NCBI GenBank assembly: GCA_030390025.1
Contig: CM059432.1
Span: 34,908,001-34,972,000 of the forward strand
Origin: Squalus acanthias
Lineage: Eukaryota
Direction of reading: 5' to 3'
Length of the DNA stretch: 64,000 bases
In this document: positions 37,880 to 49,871 of the stretch, one piece after another
Layout: each line of letters starts with the position of its first letter
How positions within the stretch are numbered: the stretch's first letter is position 1
Notes under the pieces: generated by a model
What the model was told of the DNA's origin: nothing
Seen by the model: only the letters and a program-made list of their open reading frames with translations
The model's database searches: none
Position numbers and translations under genes: made by a program

Positions 37880-39105
37880 GAACCGACTTATTTAGCATCC
37901 TTCACATACTCAGGATGTCCCAAAGCGCATTACAGTCAATGAAATATTTTTTGAAGTGTAGCCAGTGATGTCATTTAGGAAATGCAGCAGCCGATTTACA
38001 CACAGCAAGGTCCCGCAAACAGCAATGTGACAATTAGCAGATAATCTGTTCTGGTGAGGTTTGTTGCGGGACAAATATTGGCCTGAACACCAGGGAGAGC
38101 TGCTCCCCTGCTCGTCTTCGAATAGTGCCGTGGGAGCTTTTACGTCCACCTGAGAGCACAGGCGGAGCCTCGGTTTAACATCTCATCTGAAAGATGACAC
38201 CTCAGACAGTGTAGCACTTCCTCAGTACTGCAGTAAAGTGTCAGCTTGGATTATTGGGCCAGAAATTCGGCTCTTGTCGGGTGAGTACGCGCTGTGTACT
38301 CACCTGTAAGGTCACCTGAAGTGCCGGTTTCCTGCATGCACTGCGCATGCGCGGGAAACCGGAACTTCCGTTGCCCTGAAGGAAGGGGTTCAGAAGTCGA
38401 ACACGTGCGCGGGAGAGGCTGCGTGCACGCAGCGAACTTCGGGTTTTTTTCAGGTTTCTCTGGGAGGGTAAGTATGGAGAAGCTGCACTTTTAAAAAGGA
38501 GGCGCAAGGCCTGTTTTTAACAAGCTAAGTGGTTAATTAATTATAATTTAAACATTTTTTCAACAGGTTTATCTTTTTTAGATACTTTAAAGAAAGGTAA
38601 GTTTATTTTTAGCACAAAGTATAATTAATTTTTTCAAAAATTTAAATTTTTGTTTAAAGTAGTTAATTTATGTAACTTATAGTTTTTTTAAAAAATGAGA
38701 TTTTAAAAAATGTATTTGAAGTTTAAGTGTGGTTTTTGGGCTGATCTCTATTCATAGATTTGACAGGTCTTCCTGTCAAATCTATGAATAGAGATCGGCC
38801 CCAAAACTGATTAGGATTGGCTCTCCATAGCCCACGTGAACCCAGGAGTCGCTTCGAACTAACTGCGCCCCTGGGATACGCAAGCACTGCGCGCCGGCAG
38901 CTGGAGGAGGCCCAGGAGCCGAAGTCCTCGTGGGCCCAAAGCACAACAGCAGGCGCGGTAGGCAAGTACGCGCGCGATGCTTGCACCCGCAGGAAGCCGG
39001 AAAGCCGAATTTCTGGCCCATTGTCTCAGGTCTCTGGAGTGAGCCTTGAACCCGGTAGCTGCTGAATTAAAGGTGAGAGTGTGACCACTGAATAAGATTG
39101 ACACC
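37880..39105 (-). mobile_element. Deu-domain SINE interrupted by a MITE
   Basis: SINE sequence on both sides of 38256-39019. Confidence 0.8.
38256..39019. mobile_element. Harbinger-type MITE
   Basis: Perfect TIR GGGCCAGAAATTCGGCT / AGCCGAATTTCTGGCCC, TSD ATT. Confidence 0.92.
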
Positions 39106-39142
39106 TAAAAGTGCGATAACAGTTACATTAATGCAGATTCTT

Positions 39143-39694
39143 GGGGGGAAAATTGGGACGCGCCCCCTTTGGGGCGCTAACTTCGCCGGGGCCCAACTTT
39201 TAGCGCCCTGAAAAAATTACCGCCCCCGTGGCCAAAATTCACCGGTAGCGCCCCAAGAGGGAGGCGGGGTGCTACTGGAAGTGCCCCACCTCCCTCTTAG
39301 GGCGCTGCGAGTGAATATCGCGGCGCTACGTGCCGCGGTATTGCAGGCCTTCCTCCCCTTATTAAAGGGGAGGGGCCTAGCCCGGGGCCCAGCTGGGCCA
39401 CCAGGGATCGGAGTGCCGGCAAAACAGGGGGGCTGCAGAGGAGGCCTGGGATGGCAGAGTGGGGCAGGTGCTGGCAGGCGGCCAGCAACAAAACTGGCCG
39501 CCCGGCAACTCCCCTTTAATTTGCGCCGCCCCGGCCGCAGGTAGGCTCCCCTGACCCCGTCGGACATAGCGACTGGCGGTAAGTCAGGGGGCGCTACCGA
39601 AGATCGCGGCCGGGGCGCGAGCGGGGCGCTGCGCACGGCAATGACTTCATCCATGGGGCTAACGGGAGGTGCAAAGCAACCGAATTTTTGGGCC
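39143..39694. mobile_element. Harbinger MITE with G-family ends
   Basis: GGGGGGAAAATT...AATTTTTGGGCC, TSD CTT; homologous to 47180-47727 and 50221-50922. Confidence 0.88.
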
Positions 39695-39939
39695 CTTCTT
39701 TCTTGTGTCATTATCAAACACATACAGATAAAGCACCAGGTAAATGCAGAGTAAAGCACTCCCTATTCTGCCCAAAAACCTGTCCTATTCCTGACCACAG
39801 AAGATCCTGCCCAAATTCACTGCTGTGACATTTCAACTTCCCTCAGCAGCCATAGCTGAGCCTTACCTGAGTAGCACAACTGTTTTTATTTGCCCAATTT
39901 TCTCCCGTCTTCACCTGAAGGCATTGATTATTAAGTGAG

Positions 39940-40695
39940 TATGGTCCCATGGTTGTTGGCACTGGGTTTTGGCTCCACGGGGTATCAGCACTGGGTGCTG
40001 GTTCCATGAGTGTTGACAGTGGATGCTGGCTCCATGGATGCTGGCATTGGGTGTTGATTCCATGGGTGCTGACACTAGTTCCATGGGTGCTGACTCAATG
40101 GGTGTTATCATGTGTGCTGGTAATGAGTGTTAGCACTGGGTGCTGGTTACATGGGTGCTGGCACTGGGTGCTGCCTTCATGTGTGTTGGCACTGGGTGCT
40201 GGTTCCATGGGTGTCAGCACTGGTTGCTGGTACATTGGTGCTGGTGCCATCAATGCCAGTACTGGGTGCTGGCTCCATTGGTGTCTACACTGGGTGTGGA
40301 TTTCTTGGGTGCTGGCTCTATGGCTGCTGGCACTGATTCCATGGCTGCTGATTCCATGGATGTCAACTCTGGGTTCTGGCTCCATGGGTGTCGGTACTGA
40401 GTGCTGGTTTTTGGGTGCCGGCACTGAGTGCTAGTTTTTGGGTGTCGGCACTGAGTGCTGATTCTATGGCTGTTGGCATTGGGTTCTGGCTCCATGGCTA
40501 TTCACACAGGGTGCTGCCTCCATGGGTGCTGTCACTGAGTGCTGGTTGCACGGGTGTCAGCACTGGGTGCTGGTTTAGTGGGTATCGACACTGAGTGCTG
40601 GTTCCATTGATGCTGGATCCATGGGTGCTGGCACTGGGTGATGATTCCAATGTTGTCAGCACTGGGTTCTGGTTCCATGTGCGCTGGCACCGGGT
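39940..40695. repeat. Degenerate ~20-30-bp tandem repeat
   Basis: Recurrent gcactgggtgctggttccatgggtgct. Confidence 0.85.
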
Positions 40696-40709
40696 ACTTT
40701 TTTATATTT

Positions 40710-41240
40710 ATTCATTCACGGGATGTGGGCATTGCTGGCAAGGCCAGCATTTATTGCCCATCCCTAGTTGCCCATGAGAAGGTGTTTGTGAGTCGCCTTC
40801 TTGAACCGCTGCAGTCCGTGTGGTGAAGGTACTCCCACATTGCTGTTAGGTAGGGAATTCCAGGATTTTGACCCAGCAACGATTAAGGAACGGCGATATA
40901 CTTCCAAGTCAGGATGGTGTGTAACTTGGAGGTGGTGGTGTTCAGTGTTCCCTCTAACTTTTTTTTGCGCGCGGTTCCTTTAACTGGCTGTGCGGCCCAT
41001 TCAAATTTACACAACGAGTGGTTAGGATTTGGAACGCACTGCCTGATAGGGTGATGGATACAGATTCAATAGTAGCCTTCAAAAGGGAATTGGATAAATA
41101 CTTGAAGGAGAAAAAATTGCAGGGATATGGGGAAAGAGCGGGGGAGTGGGATTAACTGGATTGCTCTTCGAAAGAGCCAGCGCAGACTCGATGGGCCGAA
41201 TGGCCTCCTTCTGTGCTGTACTATTCTATGATTCTATGAT
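40710..41240. mobile_element. Cluster: LINE 3' end (-, 40710-40940), hAT-like MITE start (40943), CR1 3' end (+, 41015-41240)
   Basis: Segments match 60150-60375 (reverse), 42381 and 57585-57805 respectively. Confidence 0.7.
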
Positions 41241-42380
41241 ATCCCTCCGGCATATCACCCAATTTGCAAAATTTCACAGGCGAGTGTCAAAGGTTATTTG
41301 ATCATGGAACAAAGCCTCATGCTCTCTTCACCTGACATCCATACACTTTCTAGCAGGGATTAGTGGGTTATGATCAGGCCCAGGAAGAACGGCTAATTTT
41401 TCTCATCCCTAGCACAGGGCACTGGGGCCAATTATAGCATCCCTACAGCCAGCCCCTGCTAAGGCCAGCTAACTCAGTACAGACTGAGAATGAAATTTAT
41501 CATCCTATGGATGACTCAATTATACACTGAGCCATTTGGAGAGTGACAGACTCCAATGGAATTAAAGGGAGTGTTGTGCTGTGCTCCCAGTGGAAAAGTC
41601 TCAAATTAATTTATAATGGTCTGCAGTATAATGTAGCACTAATTGGAAATGCATTAATAGTCTCCTCAGCGAAAGCTCAAAGCTAAGAAAAGGCATGATT
41701 AGAACTTCAAATTTACAGTGCTTCATTAAGTAAAGCAGTCTTTCTACAGCAAAATTAAGATAATTGTATAAATTGGCATGAATCACTCGTCTAAATGTGT
41801 ACCAAGTTGTATTACTGCACTTCTGTCACGGCTGAATGAACATGAATCAAGGCACATAATTGTACCGTTCCAATGGGAAGTCCTGTCAACTAAATTTCCC
41901 AATAGTCCCAAAGGAACACATTTGTACGATTAGTAAGGTCTCACCTTTACTCCTCATTAGAATTTCAATACTCTAGACATGCTGGAAGGAAGAAGGGAGA
42001 AAGATAGATACAAACTTTGACTCCAATTGACCACTGATAGAGGGAGGACAGGCTGGAATGGAGATGGCGAGACAGGGTGTTTCAGCATTTTCCCTTACTT
42101 ATCTCTTTCTACTTAACTTACACATATTACAACCTGGTGCTGTACTACGCTGCTATTCACCTGCTACTGCTTACTCTTGCCATTACGTACCAACACTTGC
42201 CTTTCTGCCCTTTTTCGAGATCTTTCAGATGACTCAGGCACTGCAACCGTATAGACGGTGGGGGACAACCCTCCCAAAGATGCACCATCACTCGTTCTCA
42301 CCCTTCCAAGCACCAGCATGAAATTGGCACAAGTGGTATAGATAGTATGTTAGAAGGGCCTGTATGGTCATACTTACAAC

Positions 42381-42555
42381 CAATGTTCTCTGTAAGCTGT
42401 GCTTTGTTCTGCGCGGCCTGTTTCCTTTAGTGCGCGGTCCCTTTAAATTTGCGCGCAGGCGCGGTATTTACAGTGAAGAAGCCAGAGAGCGGCCTGTGTG
42501 GGACCTTTCCCATTACTGCACGGCTGTGTGGCCACACAGCCTAGAGGGAACATTG
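42381..42555. mobile_element. hAT-like MITE
   Basis: TIR CAATGTTCTCTGTAAG / CTAGAGGGAACATTG; 8-bp flanks CTTACAAC/CATAGAAC (6/8). Confidence 0.7.
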
Positions 42556-42754
42556 CATAGAACCACACCTGATGATGGTTGGTTGGGAATTCAAACATTA
42601 TAGTTCTGAACTCAGTATTTTCGGCCTTTACAAATCCAAACACTCATTACAAACAGCCAGTTTTTAGACATTTCATTGGCAAGCCACACAATTCTGCATT
42701 ACATAATTATATAATTGTTAAAATACAACTTTATCTAAGGGAGAATTTAATTGA

Positions 42755-42813
42755 AAAGCAAAATACTGCGGATGCTGGAAATCTGAAATAAAAACAAAAA
42801 TGCTGGAAATACT
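42755..42813 (-). mobile_element. 59-bp Penelope 3'-terminal insert
   Basis: Perfect 15-bp TSD GGAGAATTTAATTGA; sequence is the reverse complement of the tail seen at 20990-21050. Confidence 0.85.
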
Positions 42814-42889
42814 GGAGAATTTAATTGACTTATCCCTTATCAATAACTTTAGTTTTCCTTACTTAACAAGCTCTTTTTTCCGTATGCAT

Positions 42890-43580
42890 CAACCGTGTCT
42901 CAGTGATAGCACTCTTGCCTCTGAGTCAGAAGGTTGTGAGTTCAAGTCCCACTTTAGAGACTTAAGCACAAAAGCTAGGCTGACACTCCTGCAGTACAGA
43001 GGGAGTGCTGCACTGTCGGAGGTGCCGTCTTTCAGATAAATGTTAAAGCGAGGCCCTGTCTGCTCTCTCAGGTGGGCCTAAAAGAACCCATGAAATAACA
43101 ACAGAAAATGCTGGAAACACTCAGCAGGTCAGGCAGCATCGAGGAGAGAGAAACAGAGTCAACGTTTCAGATGAACCCTTCGAGTCAAACGAAGGTTTTG
43201 ACCCGAAACGTTGACTCTGTTTCTCTCTCCTCGATGCTGCTTGACCTGCTGAGTGTTTCCAGCATTTTCTATTGTTATTTCAGATTTCCAGCATCCGCAG
43301 TATTTTGCTATTGTAAAAGAACCCATGGCACTATTCAAAGAATAGCAGGGGAGTTCTCCCCAATGTCTAGCCAATATTTATCCCTCAACCAACATCACTA
43401 AAACAGATTATCTGGACATTATCACATTGCTGTTTGTGGAACCTTTCTGTGTGCAAATTGGCTGCCACATTTCCTACATTACAATAGTGACAACACTTCA
43501 AAAGTACTTTATTGCTTGTAATGCACTTTGGGATGTCCTGAGGTCGTGAAAGGCACCATATAAATGCAAGTCTTTCTTTT
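42890..43580 (+). mobile_element. Deu-domain SINE, full length, interrupted by a Penelope hairpin
   Basis: tRNA-like head (gagttcaagtccc), Deu core, ataaatgcaagtctttcttt tail. Confidence 0.85.
43093..43313. mobile_element. Penelope-derived fold-back mini-element
   Basis: Inverted arms; 14-bp TSD TAAAAGAACCCATG. Confidence 0.85.
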
Positions 43581-43755
43581 TTTCTTTGGACCGGTACAAC
43601 TCCCCTACTTTGTTATATTATCGATAGTTTCACTCTTGTTACATATAATTGCTATTCCACCAAGTGAAACTTTTAATTATAAGTCTGTTTTTGATTCAGT
43701 ACCGTTCTGTAACAATCTCCTGCTTCTACAGAAACACCAATTAAGAAAGAAAGTA

Positions 43756-44066
43756 CAGGTTGAGCGACTAAAATCCGGAGTTCCGGAATCCGGAATGTTC
43801 CGGAATCCGGACTCCGGGGCGATTGGTGGCAGGGTCGTCCGGAATCCGTAAAATGTTCCGGAATCCGGACACCCTGTCAAACCGCAACCTGGGCCCAGAC
43901 ATTTCCAGACTCGGAACGTGTTTCTGATGTCCGAAGTCCGGAAACGCCCGAGCCCAGGTTGCGATATTTCCGGACTTCGGACATCAGAAACACGTTCCAA
44001 AGTCCGGAAAAACACAAAAACCGGCTCGGCCTCGGTCCCAAGGTTGCCGGATTCGGGACGCTCAAT
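43756..44066. mobile_element. Tc1/mariner (Tigger-like) MITE rich in TCCGGA
   Basis: TA|CAGGTTGAGCG left end and inverted CGCTCAA right end, the latter truncated by CR1. Confidence 0.65.
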
Positions 44067-44069
44067 ATT

Positions 44070-44920
44070 TAGAAACATAGAAACATAGAAGATAGGAGCA
44101 GGAGTAGGCCATTCGGCCCCTCGAGCCTGCTCCGCCATTCGATGAGATCATGGCTGATCATCCAAACTCAGTACCCTGTCCCTGCCTTCTCCCCATATCC
44201 CTTGATACCTTTAGCCTTAAGAAATATATCTAACTCCTTCTTGAATATATTTACTGACTTGGCCTCAACTGCCTTCTGTGGTAGAGAATTCCACAGGTTC
44301 ACCACTCTCTGGGTGAAGAAATTCCTCCTCATCTCTGTCCTAAATGGCTTACCCCTTATCTTTAGACTGTGACCTCTTGTTCTGGACTCACCCGCCATCG
44401 GGAACATCCTTCCTGCATCCAGTCTGTCTAGCCCTGTTAGAATTTTATAAGTTTCAATGAGATCTCCTCTCATTCTTCTAAACTCCAGCGAGTATATCGA
44501 CCCAATCTCTCCTCGTACGTCATTCCTGCCATCCCAGGTATCAGTCTGGTGAATCTTCGCTGTACACCCTTCATGGCAAGAACATCCTTCCTCAGATAAG
44601 GCGACCAAAACTGCACACAATACTCAAGGTGTGGTCTCACCAAGGCCCTGTACAGCTGCAGCAAGACATCCTTGTTCCTGTACTCAAATTTTCTCGCTAC
44701 GAAGGCCAACATACCATTTGCCTTCTTAACCGCCTGCTGTACCTGCATGCTTACCTTCAGCGACTGGTGCGCAAGGACAACCAGGTCTTGTTGCACTTCC
44801 CCTTCTCCCAATCTATTGCCGTTCAGATAATAATTGCCTTTCTGTTTTTGCCACCAAAGTGGATAACCTCGCATTTATCCACATTATACTGCATCTGCCA
44901 TGCTTCTGCCCAATCACCCA
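44070..44920 (-). mobile_element. CR1 LINE 3' fragment (HER1-like tail)
   Basis: RPHLEYCVQFWSP; (agaaacat)n tail; tail shared with the V-SINEs. Confidence 0.9.
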
Positions 44921-46449
44921 ATTTACCTGCATTTATAGCACATTTCATGACCTCAGAACCTCCCAAAGCGCTTTACAGCCATTGAAATACTTTGTTTGAA
45001 GTGTTGTATTGTAGGAACCAATTTGCACAATTAAAAAGGATGATGTATACTCAGATGTTTTCCTTTGCAGAACTAACTGTTCTTTCTGCACTTGTTGTCA
45101 ACTGATTAAAGTTCTCTGAAATGTATCAGTATGTACTGGCATGTCTTTTAATGAGGTTTACTGAAGTGACTAAACTGACCATTGCTTTAAGGTCAGCCAT
45201 GGATCAATAGCCCAGTGCTAATTTATATTGACTTAAACTTCCCTGCACAACAGGCAAAGGCTAAAGAGTACTATTCTACAATATAAAGTGAAATCAATAG
45301 CAGTATAATATTAGTAGACTTCAGGACAGTCTGATTAACCCTTTCATTATAGCTCAGCTTGTGTTTACTTATAGGAGTTTGTCTTTCTGGTCTTAAGGGA
45401 CTAGCCACATTAAACACTGCTCCACCTCAGCAGCAAGATGAATAATTTGTGCATTGCATGGAATAATATTCATGGTGCTAAAAAAGAAACAGATTTAATA
45501 TGAGCACCACCATGAGGGAACTGCAAATATATATACACAAACGTTTTGATATGTGTCCAACATGCAACTTTGTGTCTTGCACTTACAACAGAAAGGAAGG
45601 CAGTCATTTCCTGCTGGTATCGTAGAAGCTCCCCAGCAAGAGAAAATACCCACGAACAGAGCTCAGGATGTACCTAAAAGCAATAAACCTTATATAGACC
45701 TTAGGATGTACCTATTTTTAGCAATAATACGTTATGACCTTCAAGGGACAGGCCACATTTCCACACCACTCCTCCCTTGCAGCAGAATAATACAATGTAT
45801 ATTACATGGTATAACGCTTAGAAACAGCACATAGGAGATTGAAGAACCATAGACATTTATAGGCCATTCAGCCCATCATGCCTTTGCTAGAGCAATCCAA
45901 AACCAACCCCAAATCAACACACTTCCTCCATAGCCCTGCATCGTTCTCTGCTTCAAATATTTATCCACATTTTATCTTTAAAAATACAATAGTCTCTGCC
46001 TCGACCACTTACTGGGGCAAAGCATTCCATGCTCCAATAAATGTAAAGAAATTTCTCCTCACTCACTTAGTGATAATTCTAAAATGATGACCTTTTGTCA
46101 CTAACTCCCCAACCAGAAGAAATAGTCTTCCCCATTCACTCTTCACAGTTTGAAAAAACTCTATTAAATCTCCTTCTCTGCTCAATTGGACACAGTCCCT
46201 GTTGATTACTATTGTTAGAGAAACCAGGTTGGAGCTGTTGTCTCTGCTTGGAATTACTTTTACAGATGTTTTTAGAGGGAATGATGCTCATAGACAACAC
46301 ACACGACAATGCGCAGTCTGTGGGAGACCTCATGTTACAGTTGTTCAGTCAGTTTGTGGGGAAATTAGACCCTGGGTCTTCCCTAAATTCCTAACAATGA
46401 TCTTGTTTTGAAGCTCAGCTAAAAGGCATTGCCTCTTCCATGACAAAGT

Positions 46450-47178
46450 ATTTATAGCACAGAAATAAGCCATTCGACCCAAATGGTCCATGCCGGTGTT
46501 TATGCTCCACGCAAACCTCCTCCCACCCTTCTTCACCTAACCCCATCAATGTATCCTTCTATTCCTTTCTCCCTCATGTGCTTATCTGGCTTCCTCTTAA
46601 ATGCATCAATGCTATTTGCCTCAACCAGTCCTTGTGGTGGCGATTCCACATTCTAACCACTCTCTGGGTAAAGAAGTTTCTCCTGAATTCCCTATTGGAT
46701 TTATTAGTGACTATCTTATATTTATGGCCCCTAGTTCTGGTCTTCCCCACAAGTAGAAACGTCTTCTCTACATCTACCCTATCAAAGCCTTTCATAATCT
46801 GAAAGACCTCGATCAGGTCACCCCTCAGTCTTCTCTTTTCTGGAGAAAAAAGCGCCAGCCTGTTCAATCTTTCCTGATAGGTATAACCTCTCAGTTCTGG
46901 TATCATTCTAGTAAATCTTTTTTGCACCTTCTCCAGTGCCTCTATGTCTTTTTATAATATGGAGACCAGAACTGTTCACACTACTCCAAGTGTGGTCTAA
47001 CCAAGGTTCTATACAAGTTTTACATTACGTCTCTGCTTTTCAATTCTATCCCTCTAGAAATGAACCATAATGCTTTGTTTGCTGTTTTATGGCCTTATTA
47101 ACCTGTGTCGCTACTTTTAGTGATTTGTGTATCTGTACCACCAGATCCCTCTGTTCCTCTACCCCATTTAGACACTTA
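46450..47178 (-). mobile_element. CR1 LINE 3' fragment
   Basis: QKRFTRMIPEL..RRLRGDLIEVF..NFFTQRVV. Confidence 0.9.
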
Positions 47179-47179
47179 C

Positions 47180-47727
47180 AGGGAAAAATTGGGTCGCACT
47201 CCCTTTGGGGCGCTAACTTCGCCGGGGCGCTACTTTTAGCGTCCCGAAAAAGTTACCGCCCCCGCGCCTGAAATTCAATGGTAGCACCCCAAGCAGGAGG
47301 CGGGTTACTACTGGGAGCGTTCCCCCTCCCTCTTGGGGCGCTCCAGCCCAATATCGCAGTGTTATGTGCCGCAGCACCACGCGCGCAGGCATGTCGCGCC
47401 GCGGTACTGCAGGCCTTCCTCCCCTTATTAAAGGGGAGGGGCCTTGCGCGGCGCAAACTGGGGCCCTGCTGGGCCACCAGGGAGCGGGGTGCCGGCAAAA
47501 GAGCCCGGCACTCAAGAGGAGTGCCAGGCTGCCTGATCGCGGCCGGCACCCCGCTCCCTGGTGGCAGAGCGGGCAGGTGCTGGCAGGCGGCCAGCAAAAA
47601 AAATGGCCGCCCGACACCTCCCCTTTAAATATCGCCGCCCCGGCCACACGTACTCCCCCCTGACCCTGTCGGATATAGCGTCCGGCGGTACGTCAGGGGG
47701 CATGACCCAAGTTTGCGGCCAGGGCAC
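47180..47727. mobile_element. Harbinger MITE with G-family end, truncated
   Basis: Homologous to 39143-39620; second TIR missing. Confidence 0.8.
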
Positions 47728-47949
47728 TACAGATAGATGTATCTATTAGAAGACTAGTACTAATCATGATTATCTCATTTGATGTAACCAGTACATCTTT
47801 GGAGATTTGAGCTGATTTGTTGACATTCTACAAATATCGCCTGTTTCAACAGATTCTGCAAAACTGTCTTTTAACTACAAAATAGAATCCTGAATATAAA
47901 ATGGAGACTTTAATTAAACCTATCCTGCTAGTGTTGCTAATAGCCATTT

Positions 47950-49300
47950 CACCCCAGGAAACAATCTAGTGAACCTTCATAGCACCCCCTCTAAGGCAAG
48001 TATATCCTTCCTTAGGTAAGGAGATCAAAACTGTGCACAGTACTCCAGGTGTGGTCTCACCAAAGCCCTATATAATTGCAGCAAGACTTCCTTACTATTA
48101 TACTCCAACCCCCTTGCAATAAAGGCCAACATACCATTTGCCATCCTAATTGCTTGCTGTACCTGCATGTTAACTTTCAGTGATTCGTGTACAAGGACCC
48201 ACAAATCCTCTGCATACCAACATGTCTTTCACCTTTTAAAAAATATTCTGCTTTTCCATTCTTCCTACCAAAGTGGATAATTTCACACTTGCCCACATTA
48301 TAATCTGCCACCTTCTTGCCCAATCACTTAACTGGTCTATATCCCTTTACAGTCTCGTTGCATCCTCCTCACAGCTTACTTTTCCTCCTAGCTTTGTATC
48401 ATCAGTTACACTCAGTTCCCTCATCTAAGTCATTGATATAGGTTGTAAATAGCTGAGGCCCAAGCACTGATCCTTGCAGCACCCCACTAGTTACACCCTG
48501 CCATCCCAAAAATGATCCATTTATTCCTATTCTCTTTTTTCTGTCCGTTACCCAATCCTCAATCCATGCCAATATATTACCCCCAATCCCATGAGCACTA
48601 ATCTTGTGTAACAACTGTTTGTGTGGCACCTTATTGAATGCTTTCTGAAAATCCAAATATACTACATCCACTTGTTCTCCCTTATCTACCCTGCTAGTTA
48701 CACTCTCAGAAAACTCTAATAGATTTGTTAAACATGATTTCCCTTTCATAAAACCGTGTTGACTCTGCCTAATCATATTGTGATTTTCCAAGTGCCCTGC
48801 TACCACGTCCTTAATAATAGATTCTAGCATTTTTCCTACTATTGATGCCAGACTAACTTTCTTGAACAGTGGGGTTACATCTGCTAATTTCCAATCCACG
48901 GGGACCATTATAGAATCTAGGGAATTCTGGAAGATCAAAACCAATGCATCCACTATCTCTGCAGCCGCCTCTTTCAAAACCCTAGGGTGTAGGTCATCAG
49001 GCCCAGGGGATTTGTTGGCTTTTAGACCCATTAATTTCTCCAATGCTATTTCTTTACTAATATTAATTACTTTAAGTTCCTTGGTTAACTACAATTTCTG
49101 GTGTGTTCTTTGTGTCTTCTACAGTGAAGACAGACACAAAATATTTGTTGAACGTCTTGGCCATTTCCTTATTCCCCATTATAATTTCTCCTGTCTTTGC
49201 CTCTAAGGGACCAGTGTTTGCTTTCACTAATCTCTTCCTTTTTGCATACTTATAAAAGCTCTTACAATTTGTTTTTATATTTCTTGCTAGTTTACTCTAT
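47950..49300 (-). mobile_element. CR1 LINE ORF2 fragment
   Basis: [42 protein letters not shown]. Confidence 0.9.
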
Positions 49301-49871
49301 TTAGATTTATCTGTACAGCGGCCCTCACTTCCTTTTTTTAATATTACACATTCGGACAAAGAAAATCATAGACACATTGCACAGCAAGCAAAGTTGTAAA
49401 GCAAATTAACCCCCAAATAATACCATATCCTAACAAATTATCCCCTGAAGTTGAAAGATCCTCCAGCACTCATTATCTATCTTATGAATAATTCTGACTA
49501 AGTAGTATTTCTGTATATTCATAAAAATAAGTACAAGGTGAGCAAAGCTTGCCAATGAGATCAAATTTGCAGTAAGGAACTTGGCAGGGCAGTACTTCCG
49601 CATACCACTTTGACCCACCACTGACACTGACCCAAATCCCAAGAATAGAGTTGTTTAATATTCGGGGTGGAAGCCCGCAAATGTAGTGGTTCTCACCCTG
49701 CTAAAGTTGTGGATCTCGTAGTGCCAAGGTCTTAATCGGGCCTAAAACATAATCATCAGGGAATAGAGGGGCAGCTTGGTTAAGGTATTACCTCTTCATT
49801 TTTATAAACAGAAAATGCTGGAAATCCTCAGCAGGTCAAACACCATCTGTAGAGAGAGAAACCGAGTTAAC

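Noticed and set aside
39911..40777. Trp/Cys-rich ORFs
   Set aside because: Translations of a degenerate tandem repeat.
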